Below, one piece after another: positions 18,106-27,521 of a DNA stretch of 64,000 bases. The DNA comes from a virus (Duplodnaviria; Caudoviricetes). The notes under the pieces were generated by a model. The model did not search any database. It worked only from the letters and a program-made list of their open reading frames with translations, and was not told where the DNA came from. The stretch lies in IMG/VR virus record IMGVR_UViG_3300045747_000505; one strand, 5' to 3'. Position 1 is the stretch's first letter; each line of letters opens with the position of its first letter. Position numbers and translations under genes: made by a program.

Positions 18106-18122
18106 GCTGCTCGTCCGCTGAC

Positions 18123-18146
18123 AAGAGGGTCGCATGCGACCCTCTT
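18123..18146. terminator. perfect 24-bp palindrome after uvsX block
   Basis: AAGAGGGTCGCATGCGACCCTCTT. Confidence 0.55.
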
Positions 18147-18220
18147 CGGGCATCCTAAAGCACGGTTGCGTGCGCTCAACTACTTGGTAGAATGTACCTC
18201 TACACCACCATAGGGTAACC

Positions 18221-18682
18221 TTGAGCTTCCTCTTCACTCTCGACGAATCAAAGCTGACCGAACAGCTGCCGCCGATCTTCGCCAAGGCTGAGAAGGATAT
18301 TGCGGCTGCCGCTCCGTTGTTTGAGATCGAGGGTTCAAAGCTTGAAGCGCTAGCGCGCGATGTGCCACAGCATCAAGCTCACTACTCTCATCGTGCTCTC
18401 GAGCTGAAGGCGCTGATGCAGTGGCTTGAGACTCGTCAGTCCCGTCAAGAGGCTGAAGCGCTCAAGCGACTGCTCGCTGGACAGCGCGCCTTCTCCGCAT
18501 CCGATCAGAAGATCCTCATCGGCGGCACCTCCGAAATCATTGAGACCAAGCAGCTCATCATTGAAGCGACGCAGTTCTATCGCCAGTTCGAGGAGATTGC
18601 CGAGTCGTTCAAGCAGATGGGTTGGATGGTCGGCCACATTACCAAACTACGCGTTGCTGAGCTCGGCGACGTCATCATCTAA
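18221..18682 (+). CDS. uvsY: UvsY-like recombination mediator
   Basis: Helical ~150 aa protein, KQMGWMVGHITKLRVAEL C-terminus, located between uvsX and uvsW. Confidence 0.7.
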   Translation: MSFLFTLDESKLTEQLPPIFAKAEKDIAAAAPLFEIEGSKLEALARDVPQHQAHYSHRALELKALMQWLETRQSRQEAEALKRLLAGQRAFSASDQKILIGGTSEIIETKQLIIEATQFYRQFEEIAESFKQMGWMVGHITKLRVAELGDVII

Positions 18683-18690
18683 GGATTCAC

Positions 18691-19401
18691 ATGACTGACA
18701 TCGAACGCTACATTCAACACGACCTTGACGACCTGCTGCAGAGCGTCGCATTCGAGCCGCGTGATGACCAAACAAAAGCCTATCTGTGGAAGCAGGCCGG
18801 CAGCCTGCTTCGGTATCAGGCCGAGATCGGGACCATCAGCGATTACATCGTTGATGTTCGGCTCTCAAACGATGAAGTTAAAGTCATTCTGCGCTACAAG
18901 CTATCGCCGACAGACGACGACTTCAAGATGGCCGCCAGCATGCTAAAGATTCACAAGGTCATCTATGATGAGACAGTCTTGTCTGCCGCGCAGCTGCCAC
19001 CAAGCGGCCCTCAGCAAGGCGGTTCGTATCAGCCTGCAAGCTCGCAGGGCACGATCTACAGCGGTGGCGCTGGCCACGGGACCTTCAGCGTCGCCGGCCA
19101 ACCGTACACAAGCATCGGCGCCTCAGTCGTTCCAGGCAATGGCATCGGTACCGTGACGAGCCAGCTTCAGCAAGCCAAGTCACGCTCGCCAAAGCTGCCG
19201 CCGATCATCTTCGAAGAGCACGACGACACCGGCGTGCTGATTCGCATGACGCTGACGCCTGACTGGCAGCTCACGGCGACCGACTCACTCAAGATCTCGG
19301 CGATGCTGTTCTCGGCTGCGACGCAACCCTACTCGTTCTCGGCTCACGCCTACGTCAAGGCCAATCAGCTCGAGCGCCACTTCACCTTCAAAGCCGTATG
19401 A
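18691..19401 (+). CDS. hypothetical protein; N-terminus resembles tail-sheath C-terminal domain
   Basis: VAFEPRDDQT...LL...GTISDYIV pattern, then G/S/Q-rich linker. Confidence 0.5.
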   Translation: MTDIERYIQHDLDDLLQSVAFEPRDDQTKAYLWKQAGSLLRYQAEIGTISDYIVDVRLSNDEVKVILRYKLSPTDDDFKMAASMLKIHKVIYDETVLSAAQLPPSGPQQGGSYQPASSQGTIYSGGAGHGTFSVAGQPYTSIGASVVPGNGIGTVTSQLQQAKSRSPKLPPIIFEEHDDTGVLIRMTLTPDWQLTATDSLKISAMLFSAATQPYSFSAHAYVKANQLERHFTFKAV

Positions 19402-20813
19402 CCAAGACGGTTCACATCACCGTTCGCGACGAGGTCTACTGCACGCTAGCAGGCCTCGAACCGCAGGACCTCGAGTTCCTCGAGAACAAGCTCGCGGTCA
19501 TGAAGGATGGCGCGTTCTTCATGCCAGCCTACAAGCTCGGGCGTTGGGATGGCAAGATTCGCTTTCTCGACAAGGGCGGCAAGATGTACTTTCGGCTGCT
19601 CGCCGACATCGAGCAGTACCTCACCGGCTGGGGCTATGACATCGAGCTGCACGATGAGCGCAAGCCATTCAAGACGGTTGACACCCGCGTCGACAAGACG
19701 TGGTTCACTAGCAAGCCTGACGTTGAGCTGAAGATTGAGCTGCGGCCCTATCAGGTTGACGCCATCAACGCTGCGCTTGAGGTTGGCTCTGGCTTCATCG
19801 AAGCTGCGACTGGCTCTGGCAAGACGTGGATGGTCGCTGCGCTCGCCGACGTGCTGAACAAGAACGAGCTGCGAGCGATGGTCATCGTGCCGTCGTCTGA
19901 CCTCGTCGCTCAGACCATCGCGACCTTTCACCTTGGCAAGCTGGACGTCGGCACCTACTCAGGCGATAAGAAGGACCTCGCGCACGCGACCGTCGTCGCC
20001 ACGTGGCAGGCGCTGCAGAACAATCCACGCATCGTCGAGGACTTTCACGCCATCATCGTTGACGAGGCGCACGGCGCGACAGCTCAGACGATTGGTGAGC
20101 TGATCAACGTTCACGGCAAGCACTGCGCCTATCGTTGGGGCTTCACCGGCACGATGCCGAAGCCGAAGCTGGATGCGATGACGCTGCGTGGTGCAGTTGG
20201 TGAGGTGCTGTATCGCATCACCGCAGCTCAGCTGATGGAGATGGGCTATCTGGCTAAGCTTGACATCGAGCCGATTCAGATCGTCGACGAGGATGTGACT
20301 GAGGAGTTCCCTGACTACTCGTCTGAGAAGACGTTCCTCGCCAAGAGCGGCAAGCGTCTTGACGTGCTCGCCGACCTCATCATCGCTCGCGCTGAGATGT
20401 ACGGCAACACGCTCGTGCTCGTCAACTCGATTCGACAGGGCAAGATGCTGCAGAAGCTGATTCACGACTCCGTGTTTCTGCACGGCGCCGATGACAACGA
20501 CGTGCGCGCCGAGTGGTACTCCGCCTTCGCCGATCGTGATGATCTGATCGTCATCGCGACGTCTGGCATCGCCTCCACTGGCATCTCGATCGATCGCGTG
20601 TTCTGCCTGTTCCTCATCGATGCTGGCAAGTCGTTCGTTCGCTGCATTCAGTCGATCGGTCGCTCGCTTCGCAAGGGCCACGACAAGGACAAGGCGCACT
20701 GCTGTGAGGTGCACTCGAACCTCAAGTGGTCGATGAAGCACTGGCGTGAGCGCAGCAAGTACTACAAGCAGGCTTCGTACAACGTGCTGAAGCCAGTCAA
20801 GTTGAAGATCTGA
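19398..20813 (+). CDS. uvsW: SF2 DNA helicase (UvsW-like)
   Basis: LRPYQ, ATGSGKT, IVDEAH, GFTGT, TGISI, QSIGR.LR. Confidence 0.93.
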   Translation: MTKTVHITVRDEVYCTLAGLEPQDLEFLENKLAVMKDGAFFMPAYKLGRWDGKIRFLDKGGKMYFRLLADIEQYLTGWGYDIELHDERKPFKTVDTRVDKTWFTSKPDVELKIELRPYQVDAINAALEVGSGFIEAATGSGKTWMVAALADVLNKNELRAMVIVPSSDLVAQTIATFHLGKLDVGTYSGDKKDLAHATVVATWQALQNNPRIVEDFHAIIVDEAHGATAQTIGELINVHGKHCAYRWGFTGTMPKPKLDAMTLRGAVGEVLYRITAAQLMEMGYLAKLDIEPIQIVDEDVTEEFPDYSSEKTFLAKSGKRLDVLADLIIARAEMYGNTLVLVNSIRQGKMLQKLIHDSVFLHGADDNDVRAEWYSAFADRDDLIVIATSGIASTGISIDRVFCLFLIDAGKSFVRCIQSIGRSLRKGHDKDKAHCCEVHSNLKWSMKHWRERSKYYKQASYNVLKPVKLKI

Positions 20814-21085
20814 TGCTCTTCTCGAATCCACCGCGCGTGCTCAATCAGCGCGACAAGCCGAAGACCGGCGTCTACGTCGGTCGACCCTCCAAGTTCGGTA
20901 ACCCGTTTGAAATCGGAAAGGATGGCTCAAGAGCCGAAGTCATTCAAAAGTACGAGCGCTGGCTTTCAACGCAACCCGCGGTGATTGAAGCAGCGAAGAC
21001 CGAGCTACGCGGTCAAAACCTAATCTGCTGGTGCGCTCCAAAAGCCTGCCACGCAACCATTCTTCTACACCTAGCCAATGAGTGA
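20813..21085 (+). CDS. DUF4326 family protein
   Basis: YVGRPSKFGNPF...LRGQNLICWCAPKACHA. Confidence 0.9.
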   Translation: MLFSNPPRVLNQRDKPKTGVYVGRPSKFGNPFEIGKDGSRAEVIQKYERWLSTQPAVIEAAKTELRGQNLICWCAPKACHATILLHLANE

Positions 21086-21597
21086 CCATGCAAATCCTCT
21101 CTGAAATCAATCGTCCCTACATCATCGACAGCTTCACCGCCCCAATGGGCGTGTCGCACTTCTGGACCTTCAGCGGTCACATGATGGACTTCAAGCTGGA
21201 GGAGACGCAGTACCTTGAGGAGATCGTCGGCAAGACGATTCGCATTCGCGCTCAAAACCTTGAGATCGATCTGCCGGCGTCGTGGCACATCATGATTCTC
21301 GATCAAGAGACCTACACGATCGACATGGTGCCGATCGCGCAGTGCGCCTCGTTCGACCAACCCGCTCTGCTCTTTTCACCTGATGACAGCAAGCCGAAGA
21401 TCGCCAAGGTGCAGGTCATTGATTTTCAGGATCGGGGTGTCTGCATAGCACCTGAGATTCCGAAGGGCTCCGCCATGATTCATCCGACAGGACCAGAATT
21501 GATGCACGGCAAGCAACTTTTCTACGGAATTATCGTCGGCCCACACGATTGCTATCGTTGGATCGGAGGCAAGACCGTAGGCGACATCATCGGCTAA
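21082..21597 (+). CDS. conserved phage hypothetical protein
   Basis: Coupled ORF, strong codon bias. Confidence 0.7.
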   Translation: MTMQILSEINRPYIIDSFTAPMGVSHFWTFSGHMMDFKLEETQYLEEIVGKTIRIRAQNLEIDLPASWHIMILDQETYTIDMVPIAQCASFDQPALLFSPDDSKPKIAKVQVIDFQDRGVCIAPEIPKGSAMIHPTGPELMHGKQLFYGIIVGPHDCYRWIGGKTVGDIIG

Positions 21598-21627
21598 ATA
21601 GACACTCGCACAACTGGAGCCCCGTGT

Positions 21628-22215
21628 ATGTCCTACTCAAAAGCCTTTGAAGCCGCCGTCGACCACGCGATGCTGTATGAGGTTGGAGGGTTCTGGAAGC
21701 TCACGCCTGAAGTTCGTGCGGGTCTCTGCGACACCAAAGAGCAGCGACGGGCGGTAGGCTATACAAACGATCCAGATGACGCTGGTGGCGAGACCAAGTT
21801 CGGTGTCGCCGGAAACGCCAACACGGATCTGAACATTCGGACGCTTGACTGGGACGGCGCAATGGCCGTCTATCACAAGCGCTATTGGCTCGCTGGAGCT
21901 TGCGACAAACTGCCACCTCGTCTCGCCGTTCTGCACTTTGATGGTTGCGTCAACAACGGCATCCGTCGTGCTGGCATCTTTCTGCAGCGCGCAGTTGGTG
22001 TCAGCCCAGACGGTGAGGTCGGTCCAGCGTCTCTCGCCAAGGTTCGACTGCTCGATGAGCTTCAGGTCTGCAATACGGTCTGTCGTTTTCGTGAGCAGTT
22101 CTACCGTGACATCGTAGCGGTCAAGCCGGTTCAAGCCAAATATCTCAACGGTTGGCTCCGTCGCATCAACGAGATGCAGACGTTCGTCACCAATCTTCCA
22201 ACCACCCTCGCCTAA
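21628..22215 (+). CDS. endolysin, glycoside hydrolase family 108 with PG-binding domain
   Basis: EVGG...DPDDAGGETKFGV; FDGCVNNG; LQRAVGVSPDG.VGP; KYLNGWLRR; late promoter upstream. Confidence 0.9.
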   Translation: MSYSKAFEAAVDHAMLYEVGGFWKLTPEVRAGLCDTKEQRRAVGYTNDPDDAGGETKFGVAGNANTDLNIRTLDWDGAMAVYHKRYWLAGACDKLPPRLAVLHFDGCVNNGIRRAGIFLQRAVGVSPDGEVGPASLAKVRLLDELQVCNTVCRFREQFYRDIVAVKPVQAKYLNGWLRRINEMQTFVTNLPTTLA

Positions 22216-22302
22216 GCAACCTCCATCGTGCTGACTCTTCTGAGCCGTCTAGTCGGCGCGCCAACCAATTCCTTGGTCTGATTACTCACCAAACAATGTA
22301 GA

Positions 22303-24234
22303 ATGAAAGCTATGCCCACCAACCAACCACAAGACATGATCCACGGTATCTACGAAACCTTCATTGCCAAGTCCCGCTACGCGCGCTATCTCGACGACAA
22401 GACTCGTCGTGAAAACTGGGATGAGACCGCTCATCGCTACATGGACTTCATGGCCGCGCACCTCAAGACGAAGCACGGCTACACGATGTCGCCCGAGCTC
22501 TACGACGAGCTGGCCAACGCCATCATCAACTGCGAAGTCATGCCGTCCATGCGGGCGCTGATGACCGCCGGCAAGGCGCTCACTCGCGACAACACCGCTG
22601 GCTACAACTGCGCCTATCTGCCGGTCGATGACCCGAAGTCGTTCGACGAAGCAATGTACATTCTGCTGTGCGGCACTGGCGTCGGCTTCAGCGTCGAGCG
22701 TCAGTACGTTCAGAAGATGCCTGAGATTCCAGATCGCATCTACGACAGCGAGACGACCGTGGTCGTGTCCGACTCGAAAGAGGGCTGGGCCAAGGCGCTG
22801 CGTCAAATCATCTCGCTGCTCTACAGCGGCGAGGCTCCACAGTGGAACACCGACAAGGTTCGTCCGGCCGGCGCTCGTCTGAAGACGTTCGGCGGTCGTG
22901 CCTCTGGTCCTGAGCCGTTGATGGCGCTGTTCGAGTTCGTCGTTCGCACCTTCAAGAACGCCGTTGGTCGCAAGCTGACCTCGCTCGAGTGCCATGACAT
23001 CATGTGCAAGATCGGCGAAGTGGTTGTGGTCGGTGGCGTTCGTCGCTCGGCCATGATCTCGCTGTCCAATCTGTCCGACGACCGTATGCGCCACGCCAAG
23101 GCCGGCGCCTGGTGGGAGACGCAAGGTCAGCGCGCGCTGGCAAACAACTCGGCGTGCTACACTGAGCGTCCAGACGTTGGCGCCTTCATGCGCGAGTGGC
23201 TGTCGCTGTACGAGTCGAAGTCAGGCGAGCGTGGCATCTTCAATCGCGAAGCAGCCATCAACGTCGTCAAGCGCAATGGTCGTCGTGACCCGAACTACGA
23301 GTTCGGCACCAACCCGTGCTCTGAGATCATTCTCCGTCCGTACCAGTTCTGCAACCTGACCGAGGTCATCGTTCGCGCCTCCGACAGTCTCGACGATCTG
23401 AAGCGCAAGTTCCGCATCGCTGCCATTCTCGGCACGTTCCAATCGACGCTCACGCACTTCCCGTACCTGCGCAAGATCTGGACGACCAACACCGAAGCAG
23501 AACGCCTGCTCGGCGTGTCGATGACCGGTGCGCTCGACCACGCGATGCTGAACAATCCAGATGATGCAAATCTGCCTGCCGTTCTGCAAGCCTTCCGTGA
23601 TCACGTCATCGAGGTCAACAAGGACTTCGCTGAGACGCTCGGCATTCCGCAGGCCGCTGCCACCACCGCAGTCAAGCCGTCTGGCACCGTGTCACAGCGC
23701 TGCAACACAGCCTCTGGCCTCCACGCTCGTCACAACGACTTCTACTATCGTCGCGTTCGCGCTGACAACAAGGATCCGCTGACGCAGTTCATGATCAGCG
23801 TTGGCGTTCCGCACGAGCCTGATGTGACCAAGCCGGCCAGCACGACCATCTTCACCTTCCCGATGAAGGCACCTGAAGGCGCGCTGCTTCGCAAGGACCT
23901 GACCGCCATTCAGCATCTGAAGCTGTGGCTCGTCTATCAGCGCCACTACTGTGAGCACAAGCCGTCGGTGACCGTCAGCGTGACCGAGAAGGAGTGGCCA
24001 GCGGTTGGCGCCTTCGTGTGGGACCACTTCGACGAAATGTCTGGCGTGTCGTTCCTGCCGATGGACGGTGGTTCATACCGTCAAGCTCCGTACGAGGACT
24101 GCACTGAGAAGCAGTTCGAAGAGCTGCTTGCCAAGCTGCCGTCGAACATCGAGTGGGACTCGATCGTCGAGATCAGCGACAACGTCGAGGGCGCTCAGAC
24201 GCTGGCCTGCACGGCCGGTGGTTGCGAGTTCTAA
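22303..24234 (+). CDS. nrdJ: class II (adenosylcobalamin-dependent) ribonucleotide reductase; true start may be 22312 or 22336
   Basis: PSMRALMTAG, NCAY, GGVRRSA, NPCSE, CNLTE, VKPSGT, C-terminal CxxGxC; no intein-sized insertion. Confidence 0.93.
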   Translation: MKAMPTNQPQDMIHGIYETFIAKSRYARYLDDKTRRENWDETAHRYMDFMAAHLKTKHGYTMSPELYDELANAIINCEVMPSMRALMTAGKALTRDNTAGYNCAYLPVDDPKSFDEAMYILLCGTGVGFSVERQYVQKMPEIPDRIYDSETTVVVSDSKEGWAKALRQIISLLYSGEAPQWNTDKVRPAGARLKTFGGRASGPEPLMALFEFVVRTFKNAVGRKLTSLECHDIMCKIGEVVVVGGVRRSAMISLSNLSDDRMRHAKAGAWWETQGQRALANNSACYTERPDVGAFMREWLSLYESKSGERGIFNREAAINVVKRNGRRDPNYEFGTNPCSEIILRPYQFCNLTEVIVRASDSLDDLKRKFRIAAILGTFQSTLTHFPYLRKIWTTNTEAERLLGVSMTGALDHAMLNNPDDANLPAVLQAFRDHVIEVNKDFAETLGIPQAAATTAVKPSGTVSQRCNTASGLHARHNDFYYRRVRADNKDPLTQFMISVGVPHEPDVTKPASTTIFTFPMKAPEGALLRKDLTAIQHLKLWLVYQRHYCEHKPSVTVSVTEKEWPAVGAFVWDHFDEMSGVSFLPMDGGSYRQAPYEDCTEKQFEELLAKLPSNIEWDSIVEISDNVEGAQTLACTAGGCEF

Positions 24235-24242
24235 TTCAACAA

Positions 24243-24264
24243 GCGAGAGCCACGTGGCTCTCGC
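24243..24264. repeat. perfect 22-bp palindrome between nrdJ and glutaredoxin
   Basis: GCGAGAGCCACGTGGCTCTCGC. Confidence 0.6.
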
Positions 24265-24282
24265 ACTTACTTAGGAGATCCA

Positions 24283-24549
24283 ATGTTCACTGTCTATTCC
24301 AAACCAGCCTGCACGTGGTGCGATCAAGCCAAAGCGCTGCTCAAGTCACAAGGGCACGAGTTCAGCGTTGTCAACCTCGACGTCGGGCAACCACAGGTCG
24401 AAACCGAAACCTACATCAGCCGTGAGGACCTGCTCGCTCGGCTTCCAGGCGTTCGCACAATGCCGCAAATCGTCTATCACGACGCCAACTCAGCCCGCCT
24501 CCTCGGCGGCTATCAAGAGCTGCAGTCCTTTCTGAGACAGGCCGCTTAA
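24283..24549 (+). CDS. glutaredoxin
   Basis: CTWC active site, TMPQI, GGY; adjacent to RNR. Confidence 0.92.
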   Translation: MFTVYSKPACTWCDQAKALLKSQGHEFSVVNLDVGQPQVETETYISREDLLARLPGVRTMPQIVYHDANSARLLGGYQELQSFLRQAA

Positions 24550-24594
24550 CACCATCCGCGCACATTTAATAGCATTAGTTGCCAAATAAGGAAT

Positions 24595-24620
24595 CGAAGA
24601 GGACCGTGAGGTCCTCTTCG
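24595..24620 (+). terminator. 11-bp stem, GTGA loop
   Basis: CGAAGAGGACC-GTGA-GGTCCTCTTCG. Confidence 0.55.
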
Positions 24621-24672
24621 GGCATTTAGGGGGCCGTCTCATAAATAGAGCAAACACCTATAGGGAGATCTC

Positions 24673-25086
24673 ATGGCAGACGCAGCAACACCGGTTTCAA
24701 TCTCAGCCTCAGGCATCAAGGCGATGTCCTCGCAGATGTTCGACATCATGGGCGTGCAGGTCAACGGCGCAGCTCTCGCAATCGGCTTCGCCTTCCTCGG
24801 CCTGCTCTTTCTGTTCTGGCGCTTTCAAAAGTCCGGCACGCTCGACTTCGCAGACATGATCACGAAGGACGGTCGCTCGGTCAGCCTCACGAAGGTGCTG
24901 CAGCTGTTGGGTGGCATCACTGGCACTTGGGTCATCATCAAGCTGACGCTGCACGGCGGCATCAACGAGGGCGTTCTCGGTCTCTATCTGACCTACGTCG
25001 GCGCCATTGAAGGTTGGAGCAAGTTCGTCTCCGCCAAGTACGGCTACAACGAAACGTCCGTCAAGGACGCGAAGAAGGTTGAGTAA
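24673..25086 (+). CDS. membrane protein, candidate holin
   Basis: 2-3 hydrophobic segments, charged C-terminus, late promoter at 24641. Confidence 0.55.
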   Translation: MADAATPVSISASGIKAMSSQMFDIMGVQVNGAALAIGFAFLGLLFLFWRFQKSGTLDFADMITKDGRSVSLTKVLQLLGGITGTWVIIKLTLHGGINEGVLGLYLTYVGAIEGWSKFVSAKYGYNETSVKDAKKVE

Positions 25087-27515
25087 TGAAGTTGAACTTT
25101 CGCCAAGGCGTAATCTCCTGCCAGCAGGTAGGACCACAGCCTGACTTTCTCGTTCTGGCATCAACGGCTGGCTTTGTCGACATCAAGGTCGCACCGACCC
25201 CACTGCTCGTCACGATCGCCCACGGGCGCTCTGATTACCTGCTCAAGTTCGACGCCAGCGTTTCGAGCGCTTGGGGTCCGTTGACCGACAACGTCGTCAA
25301 CTACCTCTACATCGACGTCGACCTAATCACTGGCGTGACCAGCCGCGGCATCACCACTCGCGAGCCGGTCGTCAGCACGCAAGAACCGCCAGCCGTGATT
25401 GGGCAGCACTGGTTTGACCTGACAACCACGACGATGAAGGTTCGAACACCAGACAACGCCAAGTGGCGCACGGTCATTCGCCTGTTCGTTGGACGTGTCA
25501 TTGGCACCTCGCAGCTCGTGGTGAACACCATCGGCAGCACTGTCAACCTCAACACGCCGTGCGACCCAGGCTATCTGCTCTTCGACGAGGGAATGCGACC
25601 ACTGCGCACCAGCGCCGGTGAGTTGCTGACCAGCGCGACGCAGGTTCGCGTTCACAGCACGGTCGGCACCTCTGGCGTGCTGACCAACTCCATCAACAAC
25701 TTCATTCCGGTTCGAGCCAACGAGTCCATCCCAGCGATGAGCCTCGTCTACTTCAGCGGCATTGACTCAGTCAGCCTCGCCAGCTCTGACCCAGCGCTTC
25801 TGATTCAGAAGAACCCAATCGGCATCATCGAGCAGCCGCTTGGTATCAATGAGGTTGGCGTCATCACTCAGACTGGCGAGATCACCTACGACGGTTGGAA
25901 CTGGTCCGCCGACATTGGCAAGCCACTCTACTGCGGGTTCCACGGTGAGCTCACCACAACCCGTCCAGTCAGCATTCAAGCCTATCGCGTCGGGTTTGTG
26001 AAGAATGCCAGAACCATTCTATTCTACGTAGACGCTGAAACGATCCCACAAGTGGTTGCTCAAGCAGGTTCGCTCATCTCTGGCGAGCCGCCAATCGTTG
26101 CCGTCACCTCAACGAACTCACACGGCGAGATCGTCACGACCGTCTCGCTGCCAGCCGCATCGGGTACTCAGAACGGCTACCTGTCGTCCTCGCTCTACAA
26201 CACGCTGGCTGGGCTCGACCCACGTGTCACCGCAGTTGAGGGCGACATCACAACGCTGCAGACGTCGAAGTCAAACGTCAATCACACTCACGTCATCGGC
26301 GATACAACTGGTCTTCAGCTCGCTCTTGACGGCAAGGCATTCACCAATCACACGCACACGGAGTATGCCGCAGTCATTCACTCACACGCTGAGTATGCCC
26401 TCATCTCGCATCTGCACGACTTCGCTGACATCACAGGTCTATCGGCGGCGCTGGCAGACAAGGCTGGTGTTACGCACACGCACATCATTGCTGATGTGAC
26501 TGGGCTGCAAGCCATTCTCGACGGCAAGGCTTCCACGACGCATACACACGTCATTGGCGACACGACTGGACTTCAGACGGCGCTCAACGGCAAGGCTGCG
26601 ACAGCGCACCAACACAACATCATCGACATCGTCGCGCTGCAAACAGCCCTCGATACCAAGGCCGCAGTCTCTCACACGCAAGCCGCTTCAACCATCACCG
26701 ACTTCAGCGAAGCCGTTGATGACCGTGTCGCCAGCCTGCTTGTCGCTGGCGCAAACATCACGCTGACCTACGACGACGTCGCAAACACGCTGACGGTCGC
26801 CTCAACAGCAAGCGGTGGCGGCAGCAGCGGTATCACGACGGTCAAGGGCAACATGGTCTATGACCTGACGCTTGGCAACGTCTATGAGACATTCACCCCA
26901 ACGACGCTGACACTGTTCGGCAACACGCTCTCAACGCAGCCGCTCATTCGCGCAGCCGACCTTGGTGGTGGCAACCTGCAGCTTGAGCTGGTCAACACCG
27001 GCGCGACAGCCAACAGCGGCCTGTGGGTTGGCGGCGAGAGTGGCTTCATCAATGACCGGCCAGCAACGCAAACAGACATTCACTGCTTCTCGTTCGACCG
27101 TCAGTTCGTCAGGTCATACAGCACGCAAGGCGGCTCAACGCTTGGCTTCGGTCTAGACGCCATTCTGGTTCAACCACAGCTGCTGGACATTCAGCAAACA
27201 TCGCTGACCAGCGTCGTCACGACGGTCAGCACATTCCCACGCGCTCAGACCGCTGCGAACAATGAGGCGACCACGACCAACAAGCTTCGTTTCAGCAACG
27301 CCTTCACGGTCACGAACTCTGGCGTCCTCGGCGAGATCACCACAATCGGCGTTGTCTCCTCTGGCTCACCAGTCGTAATCAAGGATGCCGCCGGCACGGT
27401 CAAGACCTCAGCGGTGTCAGCCATCACTGTTGGTGCTGGGCTTGACGTCGCTAACGTGACACCAACGGAGGTGATTGTCACCGCCCGTTGCCCGTCAGTT
27501 CCACTCACAATGTAA
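25086..27515 (+). CDS. tail fibre-like structural protein with HxH repeats
   Basis: Repeated HTH.I.D.TGLQ.AL.GKA units; T/S/G-rich. Confidence 0.8.
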   Translation: MKLNFRQGVISCQQVGPQPDFLVLASTAGFVDIKVAPTPLLVTIAHGRSDYLLKFDASVSSAWGPLTDNVVNYLYIDVDLITGVTSRGITTREPVVSTQEPPAVIGQHWFDLTTTTMKVRTPDNAKWRTVIRLFVGRVIGTSQLVVNTIGSTVNLNTPCDPGYLLFDEGMRPLRTSAGELLTSATQVRVHSTVGTSGVLTNSINNFIPVRANESIPAMSLVYFSGIDSVSLASSDPALLIQKNPIGIIEQPLGINEVGVITQTGEITYDGWNWSADIGKPLYCGFHGELTTTRPVSIQAYRVGFVKNARTILFYVDAETIPQVVAQAGSLISGEPPIVAVTSTNSHGEIVTTVSLPAASGTQNGYLSSSLYNTLAGLDPRVTAVEGDITTLQTSKSNVNHTHVIGDTTGLQLALDGKAFTNHTHTEYAAVIHSHAEYALISHLHDFADITGLSAALADKAGVTHTHIIADVTGLQAILDGKASTTHTHVIGDTTGLQTALNGKAATAHQHNIIDIVALQTALDTKAAVSHTQAASTITDFSEAVDDRVASLLVAGANITLTYDDVANTLTVASTASGGGSSGITTVKGNMVYDLTLGNVYETFTPTTLTLFGNTLSTQPLIRAADLGGGNLQLELVNTGATANSGLWVGGESGFINDRPATQTDIHCFSFDRQFVRSYSTQGGSTLGFGLDAILVQPQLLDIQQTSLTSVVTTVSTFPRAQTAANNEATTTNKLRFSNAFTVTNSGVLGEITTIGVVSSGSPVVIKDAAGTVKTSAVSAITVGAGLDVANVTPTEVIVTARCPSVPLTM
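26270..26690 (+). repeat. degenerate ~22-codon coding repeats (HxH...GLQxALxGKA)
   Basis: e.g. HTHVIGDTTGLQLALDGKA and HTHVIGDTTGLQTALNGKA; about 5 full units plus 2 short HxHxEY units. Confidence 0.8.
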
Positions 27516-27521
27516 GAAGCC

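Noticed and set aside
22303-24234. Intein or intron in nrdJ, uvsX, terL or uvsW
   Set aside because: Lengths are ordinary, catalytic motifs are contiguous, and no C/S...HN-C/S/T splice or LAGLIDADG motifs were seen
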